From the IMG/VR virus record IMGVR_UViG_3300022183_000055, positions 1 to 26,652 of that record: 26,652 bases of DNA; one strand, given 5' to 3'. The notes beneath the pieces were generated by a model that was not told the DNA's origin, did not search any database, and saw only the letters and a program-made list of their open reading frames with translations. The position numbers and the translations under genes were made by a program. Position 1 is the first letter of the stretch, and every line of letters starts with the position of its first letter. The DNA comes from a virus (taxonomy: Duplodnaviria > Caudoviricetes). Positions 1 through 7,438 of this stretch are shown piece after piece.

Positions 1-207
1 GTAGATCCTGCCTGTCCATTTGACATTGTAATCGTAGATAGAAATGGTAAAATACAGTTAATAGACATAAAAACAAATACCTTTAGAAAAAATAAAAAAG
101 GTAAAAGTCTTAAAGATAAGCCTAAAGGCTCATATAAAATTCACAGAAGTCCTACCAAAGAACAAAAAAGGTTAGGCATAAAGTTAATGATGGTAGATTA
201 TGATTGA
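1..207 (+). CDS. PD-(D/E)XK nuclease, possibly Holliday-junction-resolvase-like (5' truncated by window)
   Basis: Manual translation of frame 1: VDPACPFDIVIVDRNGKIQLIDIKT...MMVDYD*. PFD...D-I-K catalytic pattern; stop TGA at 205-207. Confidence 0.6.
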   Translation, partial: VDPACPFDIVIVDRNGKIQLIDIKTNTFRKNKKGKSLKDKPKGSYKIHRSPTKEQKRLGIKLMMVDYD

Positions 208-316
208 TAATATTATTTATAGATTATTTGGAGTAATAGATAATTTCTTTGGTTATCTATTTGATAAGTTTATATCTGACGATCCTAGCCTTAAAAAGAG
301 AAAGAAAAAAAAATGA
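200..316 (+). CDS. Small hypothetical protein (38 aa)
   Basis: Manual translation MIDNIIYRLFGVIDNFFGYLFDKFISDDPSLKKRKKKK; overlaps both neighbours, ATGA with the next ORF. Confidence 0.6.
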   Translation: MIDNIIYRLFGVIDNFFGYLFDKFISDDPSLKKRKKKK

Positions 317-477
317 GAGATACTAAAATATTAAGTAAGTTTTCTGAAGATAGCCAAAAGAAATGGAAAGAAATGCAACTATTTATAAATCTTAAAAAAG
401 AAGTAAATCATGGTGCAAATGGCACTAAAGAATATGTAATTAAAAAAGGTATTAACAAAGGCAAAGTAGCTAAATAA
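313..477 (+). CDS. Small hypothetical protein (54 aa)
   Basis: Manual translation MRDTKILSKF...KKGINKGKVAK; ATGA coupling to the previous ORF. Confidence 0.65.
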   Translation: MRDTKILSKFSEDSQKKWKEMQLFINLKKEVNHGANGTKEYVIKKGINKGKVAK

Positions 478-492
478 TTTATGAGGATAAGC

Positions 493-564
493 ATGAACTA
501 TTACTTTACAGGTATGTTGATTTTAGGTTTTGTATTCTTAGCACTTTGTGTGAAACCAATATGA
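493..564 (+). CDS. 23-aa single-pass membrane peptide
   Basis: GAGGA SD at 483-487; MNYYFTGMLILGFVFLALCVKPI*; ATGA overlap with the ATG at 561. Confidence 0.55.
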   Translation: MNYYFTGMLILGFVFLALCVKPI

Positions 565-941
565 AAGATAAACCATTAAATATATCAGAATCGGCAGCTG
601 TGCAAATGCCAATGAAAACAGTTGCTAGTCTTATAATTCTTGTAGCAATGGGTGTGTTTGCATATACAGAACTAACATCAAGGTTAGTATCTCTGGAAAC
701 CTCAAGAGAATTATTTGAAAATGATTTGCTCAAAAAATCAGAACAAGTACCTGTGGATCAAGAGCAACATTTTTTATTGGAAGATTTATATAAGTCTGTT
801 GAAAAAATGGAAGAAACTCAAGAGATGAATATGACTAACAAAGTAAATATAGAGTTTTTAAGAGATCAATTAGAAAAAGCATTAAAAGATATTGAGGATT
901 TAAAAGATAAAGTTAGAGCAAACGGAAAGACAGCACATTAA
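561..941 (+). CDS. Membrane-anchored coiled-coil protein
   Basis: Hydrophobic segment VASLIILVAMGVFAY followed by a heptad-rich C-terminus. Start moved to ATG 561 (the track gives 546). Confidence 0.75.
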   Translation: MKDKPLNISESAAVQMPMKTVASLIILVAMGVFAYTELTSRLVSLETSRELFENDLLKKSEQVPVDQEQHFLLEDLYKSVEKMEETQEMNMTNKVNIEFLRDQLEKALKDIEDLKDKVRANGKTAH

Positions 942-1153
942 TGGAGTTAATTATAGCCTTACTTATGATTGTAAATGGAGAGATTAAAGAACACAGAATA
1001 CAAGAATCTATGTCTGATTGCCTTAAAGGAAAAAGGGTTGCAATGAGATCTAATAAGAATAATAATATTCAATACCAATGTATTAAGTCAATGGCTGAGT
1101 TAGAGTCAAACATAGATGGATCAAAGTCAATTAAGAAACTAGTACTAGAATAA
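941..1153 (+). CDS. Small exported protein with a Cys pair
   Basis: Hydrophobic N-terminus MELIIALLMIVNG; two Cys; TAATG coupling. Confidence 0.75.
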   Translation: MELIIALLMIVNGEIKEHRIQESMSDCLKGKRVAMRSNKNNNIQYQCIKSMAELESNIDGSKSIKKLVLE

Positions 1154-1164
1154 AGGAGTAAATT

Positions 1165-1554
1165 ATGTGGTTAAACTTAGCAGCTAAATTAGTTCCAGGT
1201 ATGATTAAGACTGGAATGTCTATTGCATCCAATAGAAGAAAGACAAAAGAATTAGAATCAGTAGCAGAATTAAAATTAGCTGAACGAATGGCTAATGGTG
1301 AGGTTGAATTTAAAAGAGCTGTTATTGATAGCCATAAAGGAGATTGGAAAGATGAGTTCTGTCTCATATTAATTTCAATTCCTCTGCTTTTATTAGCATG
1401 GTCTGTGTTTAGTGATGATCCTAATATACAAGCAAAGATAGATATTTTTTTTGATAAGTTTGCAAATTTACCAATGTTTTATCAAGCACTTGTAGTTGGT
1501 GCTTTTAGTACGATACTTGGTATAAAAGGTGTATCTACATTTAAAAAGAAATAA
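1165..1554 (+). CDS. Putative holin (membrane protein, WKDE motif)
   Basis: AAGGAG SD; two clear TM segments plus an amphipathic N-terminus; basic C-terminal KKK; upstream of the endolysin. Confidence 0.55.
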   Translation: MWLNLAAKLVPGMIKTGMSIASNRRKTKELESVAELKLAERMANGEVEFKRAVIDSHKGDWKDEFCLILISIPLLLLAWSVFSDDPNIQAKIDIFFDKFANLPMFYQALVVGAFSTILGIKGVSTFKKK

Positions 1555-1769
1555 TGTCTGACAGTTTAGAAATAATAAACGAATATAAGGAACAGGTTAG
1601 AATATTAAAGCAAGAGGTCGCAGAGCTTCAAGATTCTTCCAAGTCCAAAGATAGTGCTAATAAAAGGTGCTTACAAAAACTTGAACATCTATCTAAAGAT
1701 TTAGAGGATGCTAACAAAACAATTGAGGATTTAAAGGAAACAAACAAGATGATGTTAGAACACCCATAA
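1554..1769 (+). CDS. Coiled-coil hypothetical protein
   Basis: ORF track; heptad pattern; TAATG coupling at both ends. Confidence 0.75.
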   Translation: MSDSLEIINEYKEQVRILKQEVAELQDSSKSKDSANKRCLQKLEHLSKDLEDANKTIEDLKETNKMMLEHP

Positions 1770-1981
1770 TGAAATTTATGTTAATACTTACTTTATGCTC
1801 ATCTTTATATAATTCTTGCATGACACCTATAAAAATTGATAAATTATATCAATCTCATTTTAATTGTGCATTAGATGGTTATAAAGTGGGTGGTGAAACT
1901 ATTAAGAACTTTGGTGAACAAAGAGTAAATGATGAGATGCTTTATGTAAGTTTTGTTTGTAAGAAGATTGAGCAAACTTAA
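1769..1981 (+). CDS. Small exported Cys-rich protein
   Basis: Signal-like N-terminus MKFMLILTLC; four Cys. Confidence 0.75.
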   Translation: MKFMLILTLCSSLYNSCMTPIKIDKLYQSHFNCALDGYKVGGETIKNFGEQRVNDEMLYVSFVCKKIEQT

Positions 1982-2169
1982 TGTGGTGTGTTATTTGGAA
2001 AAATGATAATAATATCTATAGTATGTTTACTAATGTTATCTTTGAATCTGAAAAAAAGGCTACAGAATTTAAAATAGCTCAAAAGTCTATGCGTAAAAAA
2101 CATGATTGCAGAGCAGTTAAATATGAATATAAATATTTTAATGGAGTAAATGAAGATGAAATTAACTGA
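1981..2169 (+). CDS. Hypothetical protein
   Basis: ORF track; TAATG coupling. Confidence 0.7.
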   Translation: MWCVIWKNDNNIYSMFTNVIFESEKKATEFKIAQKSMRKKHDCRAVKYEYKYFNGVNEDEIN

Positions 2170-2605
2170 AAACTTTAGCTTAAAAGAGATGACACAATCT
2201 CAAACAGCTCTTAAAAACAATATAGATAATGAACCTAATGCAGAGCAAATAGAGAACCTTAAACAACTTTGCCAGACCATCTTACAACCGATTAGAGAGG
2301 ACTTTCAGCTCCCAATCAAGATTACCTCTGGTTTTAGATCACCTGCTTTGTGCGAAATTATAGGATCAAAATCTACCTCACAACATTGTGCTAATGAATG
2401 TGCAGCAGCTGACTTTGAAATACCTGGTGTAGATAATAAAAAAGTATTTAGACATATAATTGAGAACTTACCCTACGATCAAATCATCTTAGAGTATTAT
2501 GATGAATCAGATATTAATAGTGGATGGATTCATGTATCTTGGTCGCCAAATCCTAGAGGTCAAGCTCTTACTAAGGATAAAGAAGGCTATAAGACATGGC
2601 AATAA
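2156..2605 (+). CDS. Endolysin, peptidase M15 family (Zn peptidase)
   Basis: MKLTENFSLKEM start with SGFRS, SQH..AAD and WIHVS motifs. GGAG at 2143-2146 favours ATG 2156 over 2150. Confidence 0.9.
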   Translation: MKLTENFSLKEMTQSQTALKNNIDNEPNAEQIENLKQLCQTILQPIREDFQLPIKITSGFRSPALCEIIGSKSTSQHCANECAAADFEIPGVDNKKVFRHIIENLPYDQIILEYYDESDINSGWIHVSWSPNPRGQALTKDKEGYKTWQ

Positions 2606-2835
2606 ACAAGTCTAAAATGAAATGCAACAGACCTAAACGACAAGTTCAGGGTGGCAAAAAGTTTGTAGTCAAGGCTTGTAAAGGTGGCAAAGAAAAGATA
2701 ATTAGATATGGGGATGCAAACATGACTATTAAAAAGTCTAACCCTGCTAGACGAAAGAGTTTTAGAGCTAGACATAAATGTGCTAGTGCTAAAGATGTAT
2801 TTTCTGCTAGATATTGGTCTTGCAAAAAATGGTAA
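2596..2835 (+). CDS. Small basic Cys/His-containing protein
   Basis: Motifs RYGDANM..RRKSFRARHKC..ARYWSC, which I recall from conserved viral hypotheticals; very K/R-rich. Confidence 0.8.
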   Translation: MAINKSKMKCNRPKRQVQGGKKFVVKACKGGKEKIIRYGDANMTIKKSNPARRKSFRARHKCASAKDVFSARYWSCKKW

Positions 2836-2850
2836 CAATAGGAGAAAACT

Positions 2851-2919
2851 ATGTATATGAAAAAGAAAAAAGATAAAAAGAAAAAAAGTAAGAAGAAAAC
2901 TAAAAAGAAAAAGTATTAA
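2851..2919 (+). CDS. 22-aa poly-lysine peptide
   Basis: AGGAG SD at 2840-2844; MYMKKKKDKKKKSKKKTKKKKY*, 15 of 22 residues Lys. Confidence 0.6.
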   Translation: MYMKKKKDKKKKSKKKTKKKKY

Positions 2920-2970
2920 TAATTAGGAGTAGCTGCTTGTCAGCTGGGAATGTTGGAGGGTTAAAAAATT

Positions 2971-3099
2971 ATGCCTAAAGGTAAAAACAAAAAGTATAGT
3001 AAAAAACAAATGAAGATAGCTAGAATGGCTGCACCATTTGATAGAATAACTGGTGCTGATTTTGCTAAACTTAAAAAGAAGAAAAAGAAAAAAGTATGA
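2971..3099 (+). CDS. Small basic protein (42 aa)
   Basis: GGAGG upstream; MPKGKNKKYSKKQMKIARMAAPFDRITGADFAKLKKKKKKKV*. Confidence 0.75.
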   Translation: MPKGKNKKYSKKQMKIARMAAPFDRITGADFAKLKKKKKKKV

Positions 3100-3236
3100 T
3101 GAAATCAATTAAACCACCAAAAGGTTTTCATTGGATGAAATCTGGTAAAGGATATAAACTAATGAAAGGTACTTACAAACCACATAAAGGAGCTGTTAGA
3201 ACTGCTAAGTTCTCAGTACAAAAAAGACATGGCTAA
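3096..3236 (+). CDS. Small basic protein (46 aa)
   Basis: MMKSIKPPKGFHWMKSGKGYKLMKGTYKPHKGAVRTAKFSVQKRHG*; ATGA coupling. Confidence 0.75.
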   Translation: MMKSIKPPKGFHWMKSGKGYKLMKGTYKPHKGAVRTAKFSVQKRHG

Positions 3237-3366
3237 ACTATGTGCAAAAGGTAAAAGAGCAGCTAAACGAAAGTTTAAAGTATATCCTTCGGCTTATGCT
3301 AATATGTATGCTAGTGGTGTATGTTCAGGTAGAATAAAACCTAAGAAGAAAAAGAAAAAGAAATGA
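3229..3366 (+). CDS. Small basic protein (45 aa, KFKVYPSAYAN motif)
   Basis: MAKLCAKGKRAAKRKFKVYPSAYANMYASGVCSGRIKPKKKKKKK*; overlaps both neighbours. Confidence 0.75.
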   Translation: MAKLCAKGKRAAKRKFKVYPSAYANMYASGVCSGRIKPKKKKKKK

Positions 3367-3602
3367 GTTTAAGAAAATGGACATCAGAGAAATGGGTGGA
3401 CATTGCTAATCCCAAAAGAGGTGGTGGTTTTCCTCCATGTGGAAGATCAAAAGGTGAGAAAAGAAAGAACTATCCTAAGTGCGTAAAGTCATCTAAAGCT
3501 AGATCCATGACTGCAAGTCAGAGGAGAGCAGCAGTTTCAAGAAAGAAAACAGCAGAGAGAAAATCAAGAAAAGGAAAGAAACCTAACTATGCCAAGACCT
3601 AA
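3363..3602 (+). CDS. Small basic protein (LRKWxxEKWVDI motif)
   Basis: ORF track; Trp motif plus CGR..YPKC; K/R-rich. Confidence 0.8.
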   Translation: MSLRKWTSEKWVDIANPKRGGGFPPCGRSKGEKRKNYPKCVKSSKARSMTASQRRAAVSRKKTAERKSRKGKKPNYAKT

Positions 3603-3792
3603 TAAGACTTGGGTTAGGAAAGAAAAGATTATTGATGTAGGTAAATGTAAATACTGCAATCAATCTATGACCTCAGAAGATTCATTTATTCCAATTGGAA
3701 GATTAGTAAGAAATAAATATCAATATCAAAATGCTCACTACGATTGCGTTAAAGAGAACGATGCTAAACCTAAGACTAATTTTGATTGGTAA
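3589..3792 (+). CDS. Small putative Zn-binding protein
   Basis: CKYC...HYDC. Confidence 0.7.
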   Translation: MPRPNKTWVRKEKIIDVGKCKYCNQSMTSEDSFIPIGRLVRNKYQYQNAHYDCVKENDAKPKTNFDW

Positions 3793-3817
3793 GGCAGCCA
3801 TATTTCAGACTGCCTTT
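3791..3817. terminator. Probable bidirectional terminator hairpin between convergent operons
   Basis: Stem AAGGCAG (3791-3797) / CTGCCTT (3810-3816) at the junction of the + and - gene blocks. Confidence 0.65.
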
Positions 3818-3824
3818 ATACTTA

Positions 3825-4034
3825 TTATTTAGGAACGCATTTGCCATGAATGACAATGTTTCCATTTTCTTGTTTTATTTTAATTTGTACTTTCTCATTA
3901 GGTTTACAATTTTTAAGTTCGTTTTGATAAACCATATCAACTGAAAGCATAACTTGATCCATTGGATTTCTACAATCTTTAATAGACTCCCAATTGTCTT
4001 TAATCAAATCCTCTAAATGATTACTCCCTTTCAT
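3825..4034 (-). CDS. Hypothetical protein
   Basis: The track starts at 4058, but a GGAGG SD supports ATG 4034 (MKGSNHLEDL...). Confidence 0.7.
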   Translation of the reverse strand: MKGSNHLEDLIKDNWESIKDCRNPMDQVMLSVDMVYQNELKNCKPNEKVQIKIKQENGNIVIHGKCVPK

Positions 4035-4140
4035 CTTTATCCTCCTTTCCATCTTCATTAGTTTGTTCTTCTTGTTCTGACTCTTTCCGCAACTTAGCTA
4101 ACTCTTTATAGTAGCTAGGGTGTTTCCATTCATAAGTCAT
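4021..4140 (-). CDS. Small acidic-tailed protein (39 aa)
   Basis: AGGAGG SD; MTYEWKHPSYYKELAKLRKESEQEEQTNEDGKEDKDERE*. Confidence 0.7.
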   Translation of the reverse strand: MTYEWKHPSYYKELAKLRKESEQEEQTNEDGKEDKDERE

Positions 4141-4163
4141 TTTTCCTCCTTATTTTTTTTTAT

Positions 4164-4186
4164 AACTCATTATATCATATTGAGTT
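4164..4186 (-). promoter_or_regulatory. Extended -10 promoter (TGaTATAAT) inside an inverted repeat
   Basis: Minus-strand TGATATAAT at 4177-4169, flanked by AACTCA (4164-4169) and TGAGTT (4181-4186). Confidence 0.45.
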
Positions 4187-4297
4187 TTGTAAAATTTTTA
4201 GAAAAAAAACTTTTATTGAAGAATAGACGATTGAACTTTTAGGGTAGTTTATTTTAGGTGCGACAATGTTAGTTGTTTTTGGGTTTTTAGGTATTTT

Positions 4298-4936
4298 TTA
4301 ATATCCCCAAAATTTCTTAGCATTGTTTAAATAATCTTCGTTAGCATCACTATTCCAAAACATGTGTGTAAAGTCTGGTTGGATGTAATCTTTAAGAATA
4401 TTTGGATCATTACTGATCTTCATTAAGTTTTGTCTTACTTTAGCTCTTTGTATTATTCTAGGTATTCTTTTCTTAATATTCTCTGGTTTAAGTTCATCAC
4501 AATTATCTGCATGATAAACTCTAAATTCTTTCTCATTGACATAACAAAGATAAACAGGAACTTCAAATACTGACCAATAAAAATCTACTTGTAATAAATT
4601 ATAGGGTGAAGGTCTATCAGGTAATTTACCTGGAAACCAAGACCTAGTACCATCTTTCTTGACGATCCCCCTTCTTGGCATTTTACATTTATCTTCAATA
4701 ATAACCTTATCCCCTTTTAAATCTATGTAACCATGAACAGGAATATTGATACCATCAAACCATTTAAATGCCTCTATCTCTGGCTTACAAGACTCCCAAC
4801 CTGGTATTGATTGGTGAGCCTTATGACAATTAGCAATCATAGCTGGTACTATACTTTTATAATGACTTAACTTTTCTTGGTCATCAGGTGTAAGTGCAAC
4901 TAATTTATCTAGCTTTTCTTGAACAGAAACAAACAT
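4298..4936 (-). CDS. PD-(D/E)XK (RecB/Cas4-like) exonuclease, C-terminal catalytic part
   Basis: PEIE..VHGYIDL..IIEDKCK..QVDFY match RecB-family motifs; the usual N-terminal SxSQ segment is absent. Confidence 0.75.
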   Translation of the reverse strand: MFVSVQEKLDKLVALTPDDQEKLSHYKSIVPAMIANCHKAHQSIPGWESCKPEIEAFKWFDGINIPVHGYIDLKGDKVIIEDKCKMPRRGIVKKDGTRSWFPGKLPDRPSPYNLLQVDFYWSVFEVPVYLCYVNEKEFRVYHADNCDELKPENIKKRIPRIIQRAKVRQNLMKISNDPNILKDYIQPDFTHMFWNSDANEDYLNNAKKFWGY

Positions 4937-5310
4937 TATTTAGTACCTAATGTTTTTTGATGCTCTTTGTAAAAGTTATCTCTTTCTTTTTCGTAAGCTA
5001 TATTAAATTCTTCTGCAACTTTATCTATTTCATTGTAGTCATCTAAAAAATAACTTAATGGTTTTTTTAAAAATTTACTTATTTTGACTAAATTTACTAA
5101 AGGTATTCTGTTTTCACCTTTTTCATATTTACCTATTTGTTGATATGTATTCTTTAGAGCTTTAGCAACTTTAGTTAATGGAATAATAGTTTCTTTACCA
5201 GTAAATTCATTAACCTTAGTTCTTCTTGCTTGTCTTAATCTTTCACCTAATTTAATGTAAAACTCATTATCTTCTTCAAAGTTTTTCTTAGCTTTATTTG
5301 ATAGTTTCAT
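4936..5310 (-). CDS. XRE/Cro-C1 family HTH transcriptional regulator
   Basis: LGERLRQARR..LTKVAKAL..YQQIGKYEKGENRIP..LSYF. Confidence 0.9.
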   Translation of the reverse strand: MKLSNKAKKNFEEDNEFYIKLGERLRQARRTKVNEFTGKETIIPLTKVAKALKNTYQQIGKYEKGENRIPLVNLVKISKFLKKPLSYFLDDYNEIDKVAEEFNIAYEKERDNFYKEHQKTLGTK

Positions 5311-5332
5311 TGTGTTCCTTCCTTTAATTTAG

Positions 5333-5360
5333 AGTATAGTACCCCTAAGTATTTATGCAA
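5333..5360 (-). promoter_or_regulatory. Sigma70-type promoter TTGCAT-16-TATACT for the XRE gene
   Basis: Minus strand: -35 at 5360-5355, -10 at 5338-5333, followed by an AAGGAAGG SD. Confidence 0.55.
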
Positions 5361-5378
5361 CTTTTTATATATACTTAA

Positions 5379-5564
5379 TTAAGTATATAAAAATCTAGCA
5401 TCTTTGTTCTCTGCTTCAACTATTCTTCTAAAGAGTTGATTATACTCTTTAAAGTTTTGCAAAGTATGTACGCATTGACGACCCTTTTCTTTTCCACCCA
5501 TTATCTTTTTATGAGTTTTGTCTAGCTTTGCATACAATCTAACATTACTGTTACTTAGAGCCAT
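5379..5564 (-). CDS. Hypothetical protein
   Basis: GAGGAG SD supports ATG 5564 (the track gives 5576). Confidence 0.7.
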   Translation of the reverse strand: MALSNSNVRLYAKLDKTHKKIMGGKEKGRQCVHTLQNFKEYNQLFRRIVEAENKDARFLYT

Positions 5565-5754
5565 TATTCTCCTCACCGATTAATTTAATTTTTGCACTAA
5601 TAAGTTTGTTATCGGTGATACTTGCTTTTGCAAACTCACTAGGCATTTTTTGATTATGTGCTTTTTGTGTAGCTTCTTCAACACTAGCACCATCAAAAAT
5701 TTCTTCAAAATCAACTGCTAATTCTAAACTTGATATTTTTAAAACTTTAACCAT
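5551..5754 (-). CDS. Hypothetical protein
   Basis: ORF track; overlaps both neighbours. Confidence 0.7.
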   Translation of the reverse strand: MVKVLKISSLELAVDFEEIFDGASVEEATQKAHNQKMPSEFAKASITDNKLISAKIKLIGEENNGSK

Positions 5755-5980
5755 TCAAAATTATATTTCTGCTATAACCAGAGTAATCTCTTTTAATCTC
5801 ATCTCTTTGTTCTAGCTTTTCAATTAGCGAACTGATTGAATTTTTACTTTTATAACCCATTTCATTAGCCATTTCTAAAAAAGTAGGCATATATCCATGT
5901 TTTGTACTATAATTTTTAATATATTGCAATAGTCTGAGCATTTTAGGAGTCATAGGTCTTTTACCTCTTTTCTTGTTCAT
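5747..5980 (-). CDS. LexA-like winged-helix DNA-binding protein lacking the peptidase domain
   Basis: MTPKMLRLLQYI..GYMPTFLEMA..GYKSKNSI..LIEKLEQR..IKR..SRNI follows the LexA N-terminal pattern; the protein ends at 77 aa. Confidence 0.8.
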   Translation of the reverse strand: MNKKRGKRPMTPKMLRLLQYIKNYSTKHGYMPTFLEMANEMGYKSKNSISSLIEKLEQRDEIKRDYSGYSRNIILNG

Positions 5981-6260
5981 TTATTACTAACCTCCTTAAT
6001 AATTCTGAGTAGCCATTGATGTCATCAAAGCTATCTTTTTTATAATTTTCTGATTGCATAACTCTCCAAAGTTTTAAAAAAATCATAAAGATACCAAATA
6101 ATTTTAAAGGTACTTTGACCTCACAATTATTATGAACTGATAAATATTTTTCTAAAATTCCTGACATAACATAAGAGGTATGGTCAAATTCTCCATAGTC
6201 ATCTTGCTTTTGTTTTAATAATCTTTCTATCTCACTTATAAACTTTACATTATCTGACAT
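5961..6260 (-). CDS. DUF6378-like protein (phage nucleotide-metabolism-associated helical family)
   Basis: DYG..F, MIFLKLWR and DSFDDINGY motifs; SD supports ATG 6260. Confidence 0.65.
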   Translation of the reverse strand: MSDNVKFISEIERLLKQKQDDYGEFDHTSYVMSGILEKYLSVHNNCEVKVPLKLFGIFMIFLKLWRVMQSENYKKDSFDDINGYSELLRRLVINEQEKR

Positions 6261-6495
6261 AATTTCCTTCACTATCTTTGCAGTAATGAGCTACTACATT
6301 TTGATTTTTATATTTAGTTAGCATCCAAACTTGTCCATTTCCCTCTGTATAATCTGGGTTCTCAACATACTTAACATTTTTTTCAAACATTTCATCACAA
6401 GTGATGGGTAACAAAGAATATGCAAAAGGTATCTTTTCATATTTTAAATTACCCTCACCTGAGTATATAACTAAAATTAAAAAAACTACTTTCAA
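6250..6495 (-). CDS. Small exported protein with a Cys pair
   Basis: TTG start; hydrophobic N-terminus VVFLILVIY; two Cys. Confidence 0.65.
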   Translation of the reverse strand: MKVVFLILVIYSGEGNLKYEKIPFAYSLLPITCDEMFEKNVKYVENPDYTEGNGQVWMLTKYKNQNVVAHYCKDSEGNYVR

Positions 6496-6861
6496 CTAGA
6501 AAGGAATTTCTTTGCTTTGAGGTTTAGCTTGTTTAGGTCTAGGATCGTTTTTATAACCAGATAAAATATTACCTGATTCATTAATCCAACCAATTAAACC
6601 TTTATGTCCACCAGCTTCAGAGTAATTCATTTCGCCAGTAAATTTATCATCACCTTTGAATAGAACTCCTACTTGAGCAAACACTTTAACAAACTTAGTA
6701 TTACCATCTTTGCTGCTACCTTTAACACCTAAAATAGTTCCTTTATTACCGCTATCTAAATTTACATTTCCTGAGAAATCAATTTTGATGGCTTTTTCAT
6801 TGTTGGCATCATAAGGAAATAATACCCAATCCTTTTGCTTACCACTACCATTGTCTGACAT
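6496..6861 (-). CDS. Putative ssDNA-binding protein
   Basis: Beta-rich; C-terminal EIPF tail typical of SSBs; follows the annealing protein. GGAGG supports ATG 6861. Confidence 0.55.
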   Translation of the reverse strand: MSDNGSGKQKDWVLFPYDANNEKAIKIDFSGNVNLDSGNKGTILGVKGSSKDGNTKFVKVFAQVGVLFKGDDKFTGEMNYSEAGGHKGLIGWINESGNILSGYKNDPRPKQAKPQSKEIPF

Positions 6862-7438
6862 TTTGTCCTCCATTTTTTTTTATTGATTGTTGTTGTGATT
6901 CAAAGTCTTTTTCTATTGAATCATTTTGTTTCTTCCAATCGGAATACAAAGCTGTCAACTTGGTTTCTGTTGTTTGCTTTTTAATTGTATCTTTAATTGA
7001 AACTTGTTGAGTAGATCCCTTTTGATTATTTAAGGCATTTACTAATTCTTCTGCACTAGCATATTCTGAACCTGATAGACCAAATGCTGCTAAACATCTT
7101 CCCAAAGAGCTTGAACTACAGTTCTCCATAGCACTTGTTTTATTTATGAAATTAGCATTTCTATGTTCTTCTGCATGACCAACAGCATAAATAGTATCAG
7201 AAATATATAGTTCGGTTTTAACGACAACTCTGTCATTATCATGGAATAGTATTTCTTCATTAAATCTAGCTTCAGGGAAATATTGCAAAAGGTGTCTGTG
7301 TCTTTCATTAACTGTAGAATATTTTTTACCTTTAATATCAACAGTTGGAATTTTATTAGCACTTGTTAAACATTCCTTTCTTCTTTCTTTGAACCCTCCC
7401 TTACTTTTTTCTTCTGTCGTCTGTGGCTTTAGTTTCAT
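6845..7438 (-). CDS. Rad52/Sak-like single-strand annealing protein
   Basis: KGKKY..VNER, GHAEE, INKTSAMENC..GR.L and ASAEE motifs. Confidence 0.7.
   Translation of the reverse strand: MKLKPQTTEEKSKGGFKERRKECLTSANKIPTVDIKGKKYSTVNERHRHLLQYFPEARFNEEILFHDNDRVVVKTELYISDTIYAVGHAEEHRNANFINKTSAMENCSSSSLGRCLAAFGLSGSEYASAEELVNALNNQKGSTQQVSIKDTIKKQTTETKLTALYSDWKKQNDSIEKDFESQQQSIKKNGGQNVRQW

Noticed and set aside
506-3108. Minus-strand ORFs 506-733, 1131-1367, 2587-2838 and 2923-3108
   Set aside because: Antisense shadows of well-supported + strand genes; no recognisable motifs.
4298-4936. Cas4 as part of a CRISPR system
   Set aside because: No repeat-spacer array or other cas genes, and no four-Cys Fe-S pattern; the context is recombination.
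7144-7362. Alternate-frame ORF inside the annealing protein gene
   Set aside because: Fully nested, with no evident SD and no motif.
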